DNA of 64,000 nucleotides from an uncultured Flavobacteriaceae bacterium. Lineage in GTDB: Bacteria > Bacteroidota > Bacteroidia > Flavobacteriales > Flavobacteriaceae. The first letter of the stretch is position 1. Each line of letters opens with the position of its first letter. The notes beneath the pieces are model-generated. The model was not told where the DNA came from and ran no database searches. It was given only the letters and a program-made list of their open reading frames with translations. The stretch spans positions 51,588 to 115,587 of the forward strand of contig CAXHBH010000001.1 in NCBI GenBank assembly GCA_964014735.1, written 5' to 3'. This document shows, piece by piece, positions 48,256 through 57,159 of this stretch. The translations under genes were made by a program, and so were the position numbers.

Positions 48256-48833
48256 GCGGGATCTAGGGCATTTCCATTAAACATATTCATTGCATTAGAC
48301 GCACCGTCAACCACAAAAGACAAACACGCTTGTGCTGCTTTATCTACACCAAATGGAAGCAACTTTTCTTCATCTGATGTCCACGGCTGCAAAACAAAAT
48401 CAACTTGCCTACCCCTGCCAAAAGCTGAGCCAATCCCAAAACGTAGTCTTGCATAGTTTATTGTATTTAACTGGCCGCAGATATCTTGAAGGCCATTGTG
48501 ACCTCCTGCAGAACCTTTTCGTCGCATTCTCAAGATTCCAAAATCTAAGTGGATATCGTCTGTGATGACCAATACATTTTTTAGCGGAATATTCTTTTGT
48601 TTCAACCAGTAGCACACGGCTTTGCCGCTTTTGTTCATAAAGGTATTGGGCTTTAATAGATAAACTGTTTTTCCTTTATGTCTGAAATGAGCTAGGTCAC
48701 CCAAGCGTAGGGTTTCGAAACTGACTTCTTTTTGTTTAGCTACCTTTTCAAGTACCTCAAAACCAATATTATGTCGGGTACCGCTGTATTCCAAACCTAT
48801 GTTGCCCAAACCAACAATTAAGAAAGATTTCAT
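48252..48833 (-). CDS. pth: peptidyl-tRNA hydrolase
   Basis: ORF 48252..48920, trimmed to MKSFLIVGLGNIGLEYSGTRHNIGF. It has GSAGGHNGL. Confidence 0.9.
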   Translation of the reverse strand: MKSFLIVGLGNIGLEYSGTRHNIGFEVLEKVAKQKEVSFETLRLGDLAHFRHKGKTVYLLKPNTFMNKSGKAVCYWLKQKNIPLKNVLVITDDIHLDFGILRMRRKGSAGGHNGLQDICGQLNTINYARLRFGIGSAFGRGRQVDFVLQPWTSDEEKLLPFGVDKAAQACLSFVVDGASNAMNMFNGNALDPA

Positions 48834-48890
48834 AGCCTTTTCATTTTTTTTGGCTGATGAAAAAAAAGGTATGCGTAGTTTCATCAGTGT

Positions 48891-48930
48891 AAAAATAAAA
48901 AAAGCATCCCAGTGTTTCATAAGATGCTTT
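48891..48930 (-). terminator. candidate intrinsic terminator downstream of rplY
   Basis: On the minus strand: AAAGCATC, a 14-nt loop, GATGCTTT, then a T-rich run (TTTTTATTTTT). The loop is rather large. Confidence 0.45.
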
Positions 48931-48951
48931 TAAAAATTGATTTATTTTGAT

Positions 48952-49605
48952 CTATTCTTCTGTTGGGGCGCCTCCTTCAATACTTCCTTCAGCACCTTCT
49001 TCAGCTCCTTCAGCACCTTCTTCAGCACCTTCCACTTCATCTTCAATTTGAAGTGAGACCCTAGATGTACGTACTTGACACACAACGGTGTTGTCAGGGT
49101 GTAAGAATTTGAATTTTTCGACAGCAACTTCTGTTACATAAAGCTTGTCTCCAAGCTCAAGTCCTGATATGTCTGCTTCAATACTATCTGGCAGGTTGGC
49201 TGGTAAGGCACGTACTCTGAGCTTACGCTTGTTACGACTTAATACCCCTCCTGAGTTAAGCACACCAGGAGCTGCTCCCCTAATCACAACAGGAATGTTC
49301 ATTGAAACTTCCTTATCGTCAAATAATTGATAAAAGTCAATATGTAGGATTTTATCAGAAACAGGGTGAAACTGAATGTCTTGCAAAATGGCGTTAAACG
49401 TTCCGCTATCGCTTAAGTCGATAACCACCGTATGCGCATTTGGAGTATATATAAGCTTGGCAAACGCTCTTTCGTCTGCGGCAAAGTGCACTGGCGCTTC
49501 CCCTCCGTATAATACGCAAGGAATCTCTCCAGCATTACGTAAGGCTTTGGTAGCTACCTTGCCCACGCTTTCTCTTTTAGATCCGTTGATGGTAATTGAT
49601 TTCAT
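48952..49605 (-). CDS. rplY: 50S ribosomal protein L25 / general stress protein Ctc
   Basis: ORF 48952..49605. The N-terminus is [26 protein letters not shown]. The tail is acidic and Gly/Ala/Glu-rich. Confidence 0.9.
   Translation of the reverse strand: MKSITINGSKRESVGKVATKALRNAGEIPCVLYGGEAPVHFAADERAFAKLIYTPNAHTVVIDLSDSGTFNAILQDIQFHPVSDKILHIDFYQLFDDKEVSMNIPVVIRGAAPGVLNSGGVLSRNKRKLRVRALPANLPDSIEADISGLELGDKLYVTEVAVEKFKFLHPDNTVVCQVRTSRVSLQIEDEVEGAEEGAEGAEEGAEGSIEGGAPTEE
48988..49029 (-). repeat. 2 x 21-nt tandem duplication in the rplY tail (7-codon unit)
   Basis: TTCAGCACCTTCTTCAGCTCC / TTCAGCACCTTCTTCAGCACC on the + strand, with 1 mismatch. It encodes the repeated Gly/Ala/Glu heptad of ...[16 protein letters not shown].... 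Confidence 0.8.
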
Positions 49606-49617
49606 ATTTATTGTTTA

Positions 49618-50559
49618 TTACATGATAAATTTGCTTGATATAGACTCGTTATTATGTACATTATACATCACATCAGCAAACAATTGAGCACAGCTCAATA
49701 CTTTAATTTTTTTAATCTTTTTCGCAAGTGGTATAGAGTCAGTTACAATGAGTTCAGTAAGGTTTGATACTTTAACACGGTTGTATGCTTCGCCTGACAG
49801 TAAGGGATGGGTACAAACAGCACGTACACTTTTTGCCCCACGCTCCATCATCAGGTCAGCTGCACGAGTCAACGTTCCTGCCGTGTCAACCAAATCATCT
49901 ACAAGTACAACATTTTTTCCTTGTACATTTCCAATAAGTTCCATGTGAGAAATTATATTGGCTTTTTTGCGTTGCTTGTAACATATTACAACATCACTTT
50001 CCAAATATTTAGAATAGGCATATGCTCGCTTCGACCCTCCCATGTCGGGTGAGGCTATGGTAAGGTTGTCAAGGTTTAATGACTTGATATATGGCAAAAA
50101 CAATGAAGATGCAAATAAATGATCTACAGGTTTTTCAAAGAATCCTTGAATTTGATCTGCGTGCAAATCCATAGTTATAATGCGAGTAGCACCAGCTGTT
50201 TCCAACAATTTAGCGACTAATTTGGCACCTATCGGAACCCTTGGTTTGTCTTTGCGGTCTTGTCTGGCCCATCCAAAATAAGGCATTACTGCAGTAATAT
50301 GTCTTGCTGAAGCCCGTTTTGCTGCGTCTAACATAAGTAACATCTCCATCAAATTATCCGAAGATGGATTGGTAGAGCCTATAATAAATATGCGTGAGCC
50401 ACGCACCGACTCTTCGAAAGAAGGTTGATATTCACCATCGCTGTAGCGGGTGAATAAAACGTTGCCCACGGGAATGCCGTATTGCTTGGCTATATCTTTG
50501 GCAAGTGTCTTCGTTTGCGAACACGCAAATATCTTCGATTCGATGGTTGTTTTTCCCAT
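49618..50559 (-). CDS. prs: ribose-phosphate pyrophosphokinase
   Basis: ORF 49618..50637, trimmed to MGKTTIESKIF. It has DLHADQIQGFF and VLVDDLVDTAGT. Confidence 0.9.
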   Translation of the reverse strand: MGKTTIESKIFACSQTKTLAKDIAKQYGIPVGNVLFTRYSDGEYQPSFEESVRGSRIFIIGSTNPSSDNLMEMLLMLDAAKRASARHITAVMPYFGWARQDRKDKPRVPIGAKLVAKLLETAGATRIITMDLHADQIQGFFEKPVDHLFASSLFLPYIKSLNLDNLTIASPDMGGSKRAYAYSKYLESDVVICYKQRKKANIISHMELIGNVQGKNVVLVDDLVDTAGTLTRAADLMMERGAKSVRAVCTHPLLSGEAYNRVKVSNLTELIVTDSIPLAKKIKKIKVLSCAQLFADVMYNVHNNESISSKFIM

Positions 50560-50668
50560 AGTTTTTTGTGCGGGGTGCAAATGTAGGAATTTATTTGAGC
50601 ATGTATAAATGCTTAAAGGTTTTTTCTTGACAGGCATTAAAAATATTGGCTACATTTGTCGTCCATTT

Positions 50669-50750
50669 ACCTCGGTGGCGGAATTGGTAGACGCGCCGGA
50701 TTCAAAATCCGGTTCTGCAAGGAGTGTGGGTTCGATTCCCACCCGAGGTA
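50669..50750 (+). tRNA. tRNA-Leu (anticodon CAA)
   Basis: Hand-folded: acceptor ACCTCGG/CCGAGGT, anticodon stem-loop CCGGATTCAAAATCCGG, a long variable arm, and T arm GTGGGTTCGATTCCCAC. Confidence 0.9.
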
Positions 50751-50823
50751 CAATTTATCCCCAAGAATAATTTTTTATTTTTGGGGATAATTTTTTTTAA
50801 CTTGCTTTTCAAATATTTAACCA

Positions 50824-51642
50824 ATGAAAAAAGTACTCTTATTCTCCGCTTTATTAATACTTGGATGTTCTGAGGATGAAAACTCAAATATTCAAAATAT
50901 AACAAGTGAGAATGCACTGGTTGACACATTTACATACTCTTACATAGATAATGACACAAACTCATCTGATTATGGAAATCAAGTTGAGGTAATCGAGCAT
51001 TACAACTACATTGGAAATAAATTAGTTTCTATTGATATCTCTTTTGATGGAAATGAAACTATTGGAGCTTATAGTTTAGAATATAATGATGTTAATCAAA
51101 TTACAAAATACAATATCTAGGGAGGAGATTCAGCCGAATATGAATATGATGAATTTGGGCGTGTAATTATTTATACTTACACTGATGTAGATGATTTTCC
51201 TACCCCCAATATTAGTATTGGAAACTACACTTACAATCAAGATGGTACTGTATCATTTGCTTTTGAAACTGACGAAGATTCATCGGATGTTTATTATTTA
51301 GATCAAAATGGAAATATTATTAGAGTCACGAATGTATACAATACCTGGGATGGGTCTACACAGATTACCACCTATTTAGAATCAAGCTACGACAACAAAA
51401 ACAACCCATTTAAAAATGTTTTGGGAGAATCTGTTTTTGTAAGGTATGGTAGCCCCATAAGTTATGGTGATTATAATAATAATGTGATATCTACTAATGG
51501 TAACCCATGGTTTTACACTTATAATGAATATGATTTTCCTATAACCATAAATTCACCACTTGGACTTCAGGACACATCAGATGGGTATTGGAATTCCAAA
51601 TGGATAAATATTCAAGCAGATATAACTTACACAAGTTATTGA
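50824..51642 (+). pseudogene. lipoprotein gene with YD-repeat-like motifs, interrupted by a single in-frame TAG
   Basis: Track ORFs 50824..51120 and 51421..51642 are in the same frame. My translation of 51121..51420 has no stop, so this is one 272-codon frame with a TAG at 51118. It has lipobox LILGCS and AEYEYDEFGRVIIYTY right after the stop. Confidence 0.6.
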
Positions 51643-51715
51643 TTTAGTTGAATAAAATAAGTTAATTTTTCACTTTTATAAGTTTCTGTAAACTCTCTCA
51701 GCTTTTCAAGGTCTT

Positions 51716-52578
51716 TCAAGAAAAAGTTTGATAATTGGAGTACGTTGTGTACAAATTATGCCCACCACTAATATACTTATAATGTACTACTGCAACACCA
51801 TAACCCCCTTGATCATAAACATACTTTTCAATGGTCATACCACTGCTGGCATCTGATGTAACTGTTGTTTTTGTGTCTGTATTGTTGAATGCAGCCCAAT
51901 GGTTTAGGACTGTTTGTGCGCCCTTAAAATAATTGTTTCCAACATATGGAAGTGTGTCATCTGCAGTGCCGTGTAAGTGAACCATAGGCATAGGATGCGA
52001 GGGGGTTTTTGTACAGTCTAGCATGGTGCCTGAAACCGAAGCCACCGCCGCAAAGGTTTCACTTTTATAGTTGGCTAGCCCATAAGCGATCATGCCACCA
52101 TTCGAATAACCAGTAGCATAAATACGGTCTTTGTCTACGCTGTAGTTAGTTGAAAGTTCGTTAACAAGTGCTGCTATAAAGCCAAAGCAGTCCGCATCGC
52201 TTTTGTTGTCGCCCCCATTTGGGCGAGTATTCCAATGTGGAGATTCATCTAAATTACTGCCTATGGATACACCAAAATAAAGTTTTCACTTTCTGCTAGC
52301 GATCGCATGTCTGCATATATCATGTACTCGATCGCATTCCCGCCAAAACCATGAAAATTGAACATTAGCGGTATTGCGGTTGTGCTGTTATGGTTGCTGG
52401 GCACAAAAAGCACGTATTCCCGAGTGAGACTATTGTGTTCAAGGGTTAGCCTATTCTTATTCGCGGTGTTTGAGCCTTTGTCATTGTCTTTGCCAATTTC
52501 AACAGCGTTATGCGTTTCGTTACACCCCACTATAAAGAAAACGCTCATAAAGATCAAAAAAAAGATGCTTCTATTCAT
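51716..52578 (-). pseudogene. PHB-depolymerase-family (LpqC-like) esterase with one frameshift
   Basis: The N-terminal ORF 52261..52578 ends ...ENFILVYP*. The continuation GVSIGSNLDESPHWN...RIYATGYSNGGMIAYG (GxSxG)...HLHGTADD is open from 52285 in another frame and joins ORF 51716..52093. The indel must lie within 52261-52285. Confidence 0.7.
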
Positions 52579-52602
52579 TTCTTTAACGCCAGTTATACAT
52601 TT

Positions 52603-53037
52603 TTACACTGCCTTCAGCACATGGGTTACAACACCCCAGATGATAAGTTCATTGTCTTCTGTTACTTGTAGGGGTTTGTATTGTTTGTTTTCGGGCATCA
52701 GCCACACGCAGTCTTCGGCCACCTTGAGCCGTTTTACGGTAAACTCCCCATCCACAAAGCACACGGCAATTTTGCCGTCTTCAGGATCTAAACTGCGATC
52801 AATTACGAGCAAATCGCCGTCGTCTAGGCCAGCGCCTACCATAGATTGCCCTGCAACCCGCGCATAGAAGGTAGCCGCTTCGTTTTTTACCACAGCCCTA
52901 TCAAGGCTGATGCGCACTTCTTTAAAGTCGTCGGCGGGGGAGGGAAAGCCCGCCGAAATGCCTTCGCCGGCAAGCCAAACATCGGCTTTGTTGCTTGTGT
53001 CGGGGCTGTAAAAATGGAGGGTTGTTGCTTTTTTCAT
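52603..53037 (-). CDS. umuD: UmuD-like S24 (LexA-type) autopeptidase, translesion polymerase accessory subunit
   Basis: ORF 52603..53037. It has AGFPSPADDF, the Ser site GQSMVGAG and the Lys site FTVKRL. Confidence 0.85.
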   Translation of the reverse strand: MKKATTLHFYSPDTSNKADVWLAGEGISAGFPSPADDFKEVRISLDRAVVKNEAATFYARVAGQSMVGAGLDDGDLLVIDRSLDPEDGKIAVCFVDGEFTVKRLKVAEDCVWLMPENKQYKPLQVTEDNELIIWGVVTHVLKAV

Positions 53038-54299
53038 CTTACCGTAATAATGTCTTGAATATCTGTGGTGTAACGGGGCGATAAGTGGGCTTGTTTCATT
53101 TTAAAAGTTCTGCTCAGGTCTTGGTTGGCGAGTTTGATTTTATACGGGCCATACTTGCGGTGCAGTAGATCAATGCGCTTCATCAATGCGTCATGGCGGC
53201 TGTCTTCGCCATCAAATAGCGTGAGTTGTTGTGTGTTTTTGGGTACAATTCCCGTGACCATAACACCTGCTTTTTTATATTGAATACCATCTTTGAAAAT
53301 ATGTTCCAAACCCTTTAGGGCATACTTGCTAATGGTCAAACTTGACTGTGAGGTAAAGGGCATGGTAACCAACATTCCATTGCGGTACTGCGGCAAGTCA
53401 GGCATAAACGGATTGCTACGAACAAATACATATACAGCATGGCAGCTGCTGCCTTGTTTGCGTAGTTTTTCGGCACAAAGCGTTGCATAGGTCGATATGC
53501 GTTCGCGCACTTCCTCATAGGAAGTAATAAGTGACTCGAAACTGCGGGTAGTAGCAATGGCTTTTTTGGGGGAGGCTATCATTTCCATCGGAATTGTTGC
53601 GCTTCCTTCTAAGTCTTTTTTTAGGCGCAGCCCCACGACACTCATCTGTTTGCGTACCCAATTGTCACTTAGCTGGGTAAAGTCATAGGCGGTTTTCACT
53701 TCGTTAAGTGCCAACCGGCATGCGTGTTGACGACCAATGCCCCAAACATCTGCAATGGGTAGCCACTTGAGGGCCTTAATGCGCTTTTCTTCCGAATCAA
53801 TTACATAGACGCCTTTGGTTTTTTCAGCAAATTTTTTTGCCACACGGTTGGCTACTTTAGCAAGACCCTTGCTTGGGCCAAGTCCAATGCTAACGGGCAT
53901 GCCAGTCCATTTGCGCACACGCTTGCGTATTTGTTGTGCATAGGTCTCCATGTGATAGCGGTCAAAGCCGTCAAAATGTAAAAATGCCTCGTCAATGCTG
54001 TACACTTCTAGCTCAGGTGTAAACTGACGCAAGACATCCATCACACGCTGGCTCATATCACCATAGAGTGGATAATTGGACGAAAAAACCTGAACGTTGT
54101 ATTGTCTAAAAAAAGACGAAAACTTGTGTGCAGGCGCCCCCATGGGTAGTCCAAGGGCTTTGGCTTCGTTACTGCGCGCAATCACACAACCGTCATTGTT
54201 GGACAAAATAGCAATGGGCTTGTCGTTTAATGTGGGTTGAAAAATGCGCTCACAAGAAGCGTAGAAGTTATTACAATCGACTAAAGCAAACACATTCAA
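53034..54299 (-). CDS. umuC: Y-family translesion DNA polymerase (UmuC-like)
   Basis: ORF 53034..54299 (TTG start). It has FALVDCNNFYASCERIF, SNNDGCVIARS and YSIDEAF. Confidence 0.9.
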   Translation of the reverse strand: MNVFALVDCNNFYASCERIFQPTLNDKPIAILSNNDGCVIARSNEAKALGLPMGAPAHKFSSFFRQYNVQVFSSNYPLYGDMSQRVMDVLRQFTPELEVYSIDEAFLHFDGFDRYHMETYAQQIRKRVRKWTGMPVSIGLGPSKGLAKVANRVAKKFAEKTKGVYVIDSEEKRIKALKWLPIADVWGIGRQHACRLALNEVKTAYDFTQLSDNWVRKQMSVVGLRLKKDLEGSATIPMEMIASPKKAIATTRSFESLITSYEEVRERISTYATLCAEKLRKQGSSCHAVYVFVRSNPFMPDLPQYRNGMLVTMPFTSQSSLTISKYALKGLEHIFKDGIQYKKAGVMVTGIVPKNTQQLTLFDGEDSRHDALMKRIDLLHRKYGPYKIKLANQDLSRTFKMKQAHLSPRYTTDIQDIITVR

Positions 54300-54399
54300 A
54301 ACTACATTTTTTTACTGTAGTATTAAATAGTTTTTTTCAACTAAATCCTGCGTTAATAAACGCAAATACAGTACATTTGTTTAGTACAACCACTCCTAG

Positions 54400-57138
54400 A
54401 TGGACAAGTATTCGTTTCTCAATGCAGCCCATACGGCTCATTTTGCGCAGCTTTACGACCAATACCTCATAAACCCTGATAGCGTAGAGCCTAGCTGGCG
54501 TGCCTTTTTCCAAGGATTTGACTTTGGTGTAGAGAATGGTGCTGAATATGCTGACGAAAAGGTTCCACAGTCTGTTCTCAAAGAATTCCGCGTCGTAAAA
54601 CTTATTGATGGTTACCGCGGAAGTGGACACCTCTTTACACGGACCAACCCCGTGCGAGAGCGTAGAAAATATAAGCCAACCCTTGCTATCGAAAATTTTG
54701 GATTGACCCACCAAGATCTGGACACGGTATTTTCGGCTGGCGAAATCATAGGCATTGGCCCGGCAAAACTGGCTGATATCATTGTGCACTTGGAGCGTAT
54801 CTACTGCGAATCCATAGGTTTGGAGTATATGTTTATCCGTCATCCGCAACGCGTAAACTGGATTCAAGAATGGATCAACAAGAACGGTAATCATCCATCA
54901 TTCGATGATAATGAAAAAAAGCATATTCTTAAAAAACTAAATGAGGCCGTTGCTTTTGAGAGTTTCCTACACACCAAATACGTTGGCCAAAAACGCTTTT
55001 CTCTAGAAGGTGGCGAGTCTTTGATTCCAGCCTTAGATGCCTTGATTGAAGGCGCTGCCAAAGGCGGGGTAGAGGAGTTTGTGGTTGGCATGGCGCACAG
55101 AGGTCGTCTCAATACGCTGACCAATATTTTTGGTAAGCCCGCTCAAGACATTTTTAGTGAGTTTGATGGGAAAGACTATGAAGAGGAGGTATTTGACGGA
55201 GACGTTAAGTATCACCTAGGATGGACCTCAAAACGCCTCACAGATGCAGGCTATCAAGTAAACATGAATATTGCACCCAACCCTTCTCATCTGGAAGCAG
55301 TGAACGCTGTAGTCGAAGGTATTGCACGTGCGAAACAAGATAATAATTACAATGGCAATACCCGAAAAGTAATGCCCATTCTCATTCATGGTGATGCTGC
55401 TATTGCAGGTCAGGGAGTGGTATATGAAGTGGTGCAAATGGCACAACTCGATGGCTACAGAACAGGCGGTACAATACATATTGTGGTCAATAACCAAATA
55501 GGCTTTACCACCAATTATTTAGATGGGCGTTCAAGCACCTATTGTACAGATGTTGCCAAGGTTACCCTTTCACCTGTGTTGCATATAAATGCTGATGACG
55601 TAGAGGCTGTGGTTCATGCCATGCATTTTGCTTTGGCCTATCGCAACCGTTTTTCACGTGATGTATTTATTGACTTGCTTGGCTATAGAAAATATGGCCA
55701 TAACGAAGGGGACGAACCACGATTTACGCAACCTAAGCTCTACAAAGCCATAGGTAAGCATAAAAACCCACGAGATATCTACGCTGCCAAACTGATGTCT
55801 AAAGGTGTTATTAAGCAAGTTGATTTGGACCAGATGGAAGCCGATTATAAGCAAACACTTGAAAAAAAGCTCGAAGATGCTCGACAGGCTTCCAATACAA
55901 TTATCACACCATTCATGAAAGACGAATGGACTGGATATCAACGTGCCAAGCAAAAAGACATGCTGCAGGCTGTTGACACCACCATTGAGCTCAAAAAATT
56001 GGATGCCATTGCAAGTACACTTACCGAACTACCTTCAAATAAAAAATTCTTGCGTAAAACACAGCGCTTGGTAAAAGACCGAAAGGCCATGTATTTTGAG
56101 CGTAATCAATTGGATTGGGCCATGGGCGAGTTGTTGGCATACGGCTCCTTACTTTCAGAAGGGCATGATGTTCGTATTTCCGGGCAGGATGTTGAGCGCG
56201 GTACATTCTCTCATCGCCATGCCGTCATGAAGGTCGAAGATTCTGAAGAAGAAGTAATTCTTTTAAATAGTTTGGACAAATCTCAAGGGCGTTTTAACAT
56301 CTTTAACTCTTCTCTTTCTGAATATGGCGTTATGGGATATGACTATGGTTTTGCCATGGCCAGCCCAAGTGCCTTAACTGTATGGGAAGCGCAGTTTGGT
56401 GATTTTAGTAACGGCGCACAAATTATGATTGACCAATACCTTTCATCTGCTGAAGACAAATGGAAAATGCAGAATGGTTTGGTTTTGTTTCTTCCCCATG
56501 GTTATGAAGGACAGGGTGCCGAGCATTCTTCTGCTCGCATGGAACGCTATTTACAGCTATGTGCCAAAGACAATATGTTCGTGGCTGACGTAACTACACC
56601 GGCCAATCTATTCCATATGTTACGGCGGCAGCTTAAATCAACATATCGAAAACCATTGGTGGTATTTACACCCAAAAGTTTATTGCGACATCCAATGGCC
56701 GTTTCTTCCAAAGAATCGTTGGCAAAAGGTCAGTTTATGCCTTTAATTGATGATGACACAGTTAAGCCTAAGGAGGTAAAGACACTTGTATTGTGTACAG
56801 GTAAGTTTTATTACGACTTATTTGATGCCCGCGATAACAAAAAGCGTAAAGATGTGGCATTGGTTCGCCTTGAACAATTATTCCCCTTGCCTAAAGATGA
56901 GATAGCCGCGGTTATGAAAAAGTATACCAAAGCAGAAGTGGTGTGGGCACAGGAAGAGCCACGAAACATGGGCGCATATGGACATTTATTGTTACATCTT
57001 CCGCAAGCACGGGATTTCCGTGTTGCATCTCGCCGTTTTTACGGTGCCCCTGCAGCTGGAAGTTCAACACGATCCAAGCGACGCCATAAAGAAATTATTG
57101 AGTACGTATTTGATAAAACCAAAGACAATATGCGCTAG
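54400..57138 (+). CDS. sucA: 2-oxoglutarate dehydrogenase E1 component
   Basis: ORF 54400..57138, 912 aa. It has the ThDP region GMAHRGRLN and HGDAAIAGQGVV..., plus LPHGYEGQGAEHSS. Confidence 0.95.
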   Translation: MDKYSFLNAAHTAHFAQLYDQYLINPDSVEPSWRAFFQGFDFGVENGAEYADEKVPQSVLKEFRVVKLIDGYRGSGHLFTRTNPVRERRKYKPTLAIENFGLTHQDLDTVFSAGEIIGIGPAKLADIIVHLERIYCESIGLEYMFIRHPQRVNWIQEWINKNGNHPSFDDNEKKHILKKLNEAVAFESFLHTKYVGQKRFSLEGGESLIPALDALIEGAAKGGVEEFVVGMAHRGRLNTLTNIFGKPAQDIFSEFDGKDYEEEVFDGDVKYHLGWTSKRLTDAGYQVNMNIAPNPSHLEAVNAVVEGIARAKQDNNYNGNTRKVMPILIHGDAAIAGQGVVYEVVQMAQLDGYRTGGTIHIVVNNQIGFTTNYLDGRSSTYCTDVAKVTLSPVLHINADDVEAVVHAMHFALAYRNRFSRDVFIDLLGYRKYGHNEGDEPRFTQPKLYKAIGKHKNPRDIYAAKLMSKGVIKQVDLDQMEADYKQTLEKKLEDARQASNTIITPFMKDEWTGYQRAKQKDMLQAVDTTIELKKLDAIASTLTELPSNKKFLRKTQRLVKDRKAMYFERNQLDWAMGELLAYGSLLSEGHDVRISGQDVERGTFSHRHAVMKVEDSEEEVILLNSLDKSQGRFNIFNSSLSEYGVMGYDYGFAMASPSALTVWEAQFGDFSNGAQIMIDQYLSSAEDKWKMQNGLVLFLPHGYEGQGAEHSSARMERYLQLCAKDNMFVADVTTPANLFHMLRRQLKSTYRKPLVVFTPKSLLRHPMAVSSKESLAKGQFMPLIDDDTVKPKEVKTLVLCTGKFYYDLFDARDNKKRKDVALVRLEQLFPLPKDEIAAVMKKYTKAEVVWAQEEPRNMGAYGHLLLHLPQARDFRVASRRFYGAPAAGSSTRSKRRHKEIIEYVFDKTKDNMR

Positions 57139-57159
57139 AGCAGCGCCAAAACAGGAGTT

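Noticed and set aside
48834-50637. N-terminal extensions given by the track for pth, prs and other genes (also DUF4286, arsC, cruF, the MBL-rhodanese fusion, the sulfatase and the 26189 lipoprotein)
   Set aside because: The extensions precede canonical family N-termini or signal peptides. They also run across upstream intergenic hairpins or neighbouring genes. Internal ATG starts were chosen instead.
30848-51120. In-frame TGA/TAA/TAG as evidence of stop-codon reassignment or programmed readthrough
   Set aside because: All three stop codons terminate the ~60 well-supported genes of the window at family-typical lengths. The affected genes also show other decay (a frameshift, loss of conserved residues).
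51980-51992. A 13-nt match (AACCATAGGCATA) to repeat R2 inside the esterase pseudogene
   Set aside because: It lies in coding sequence (HPMPMVH on the minus strand). Similarity stops after 13 nt, and there is no junction context. I treat it as coincidence.
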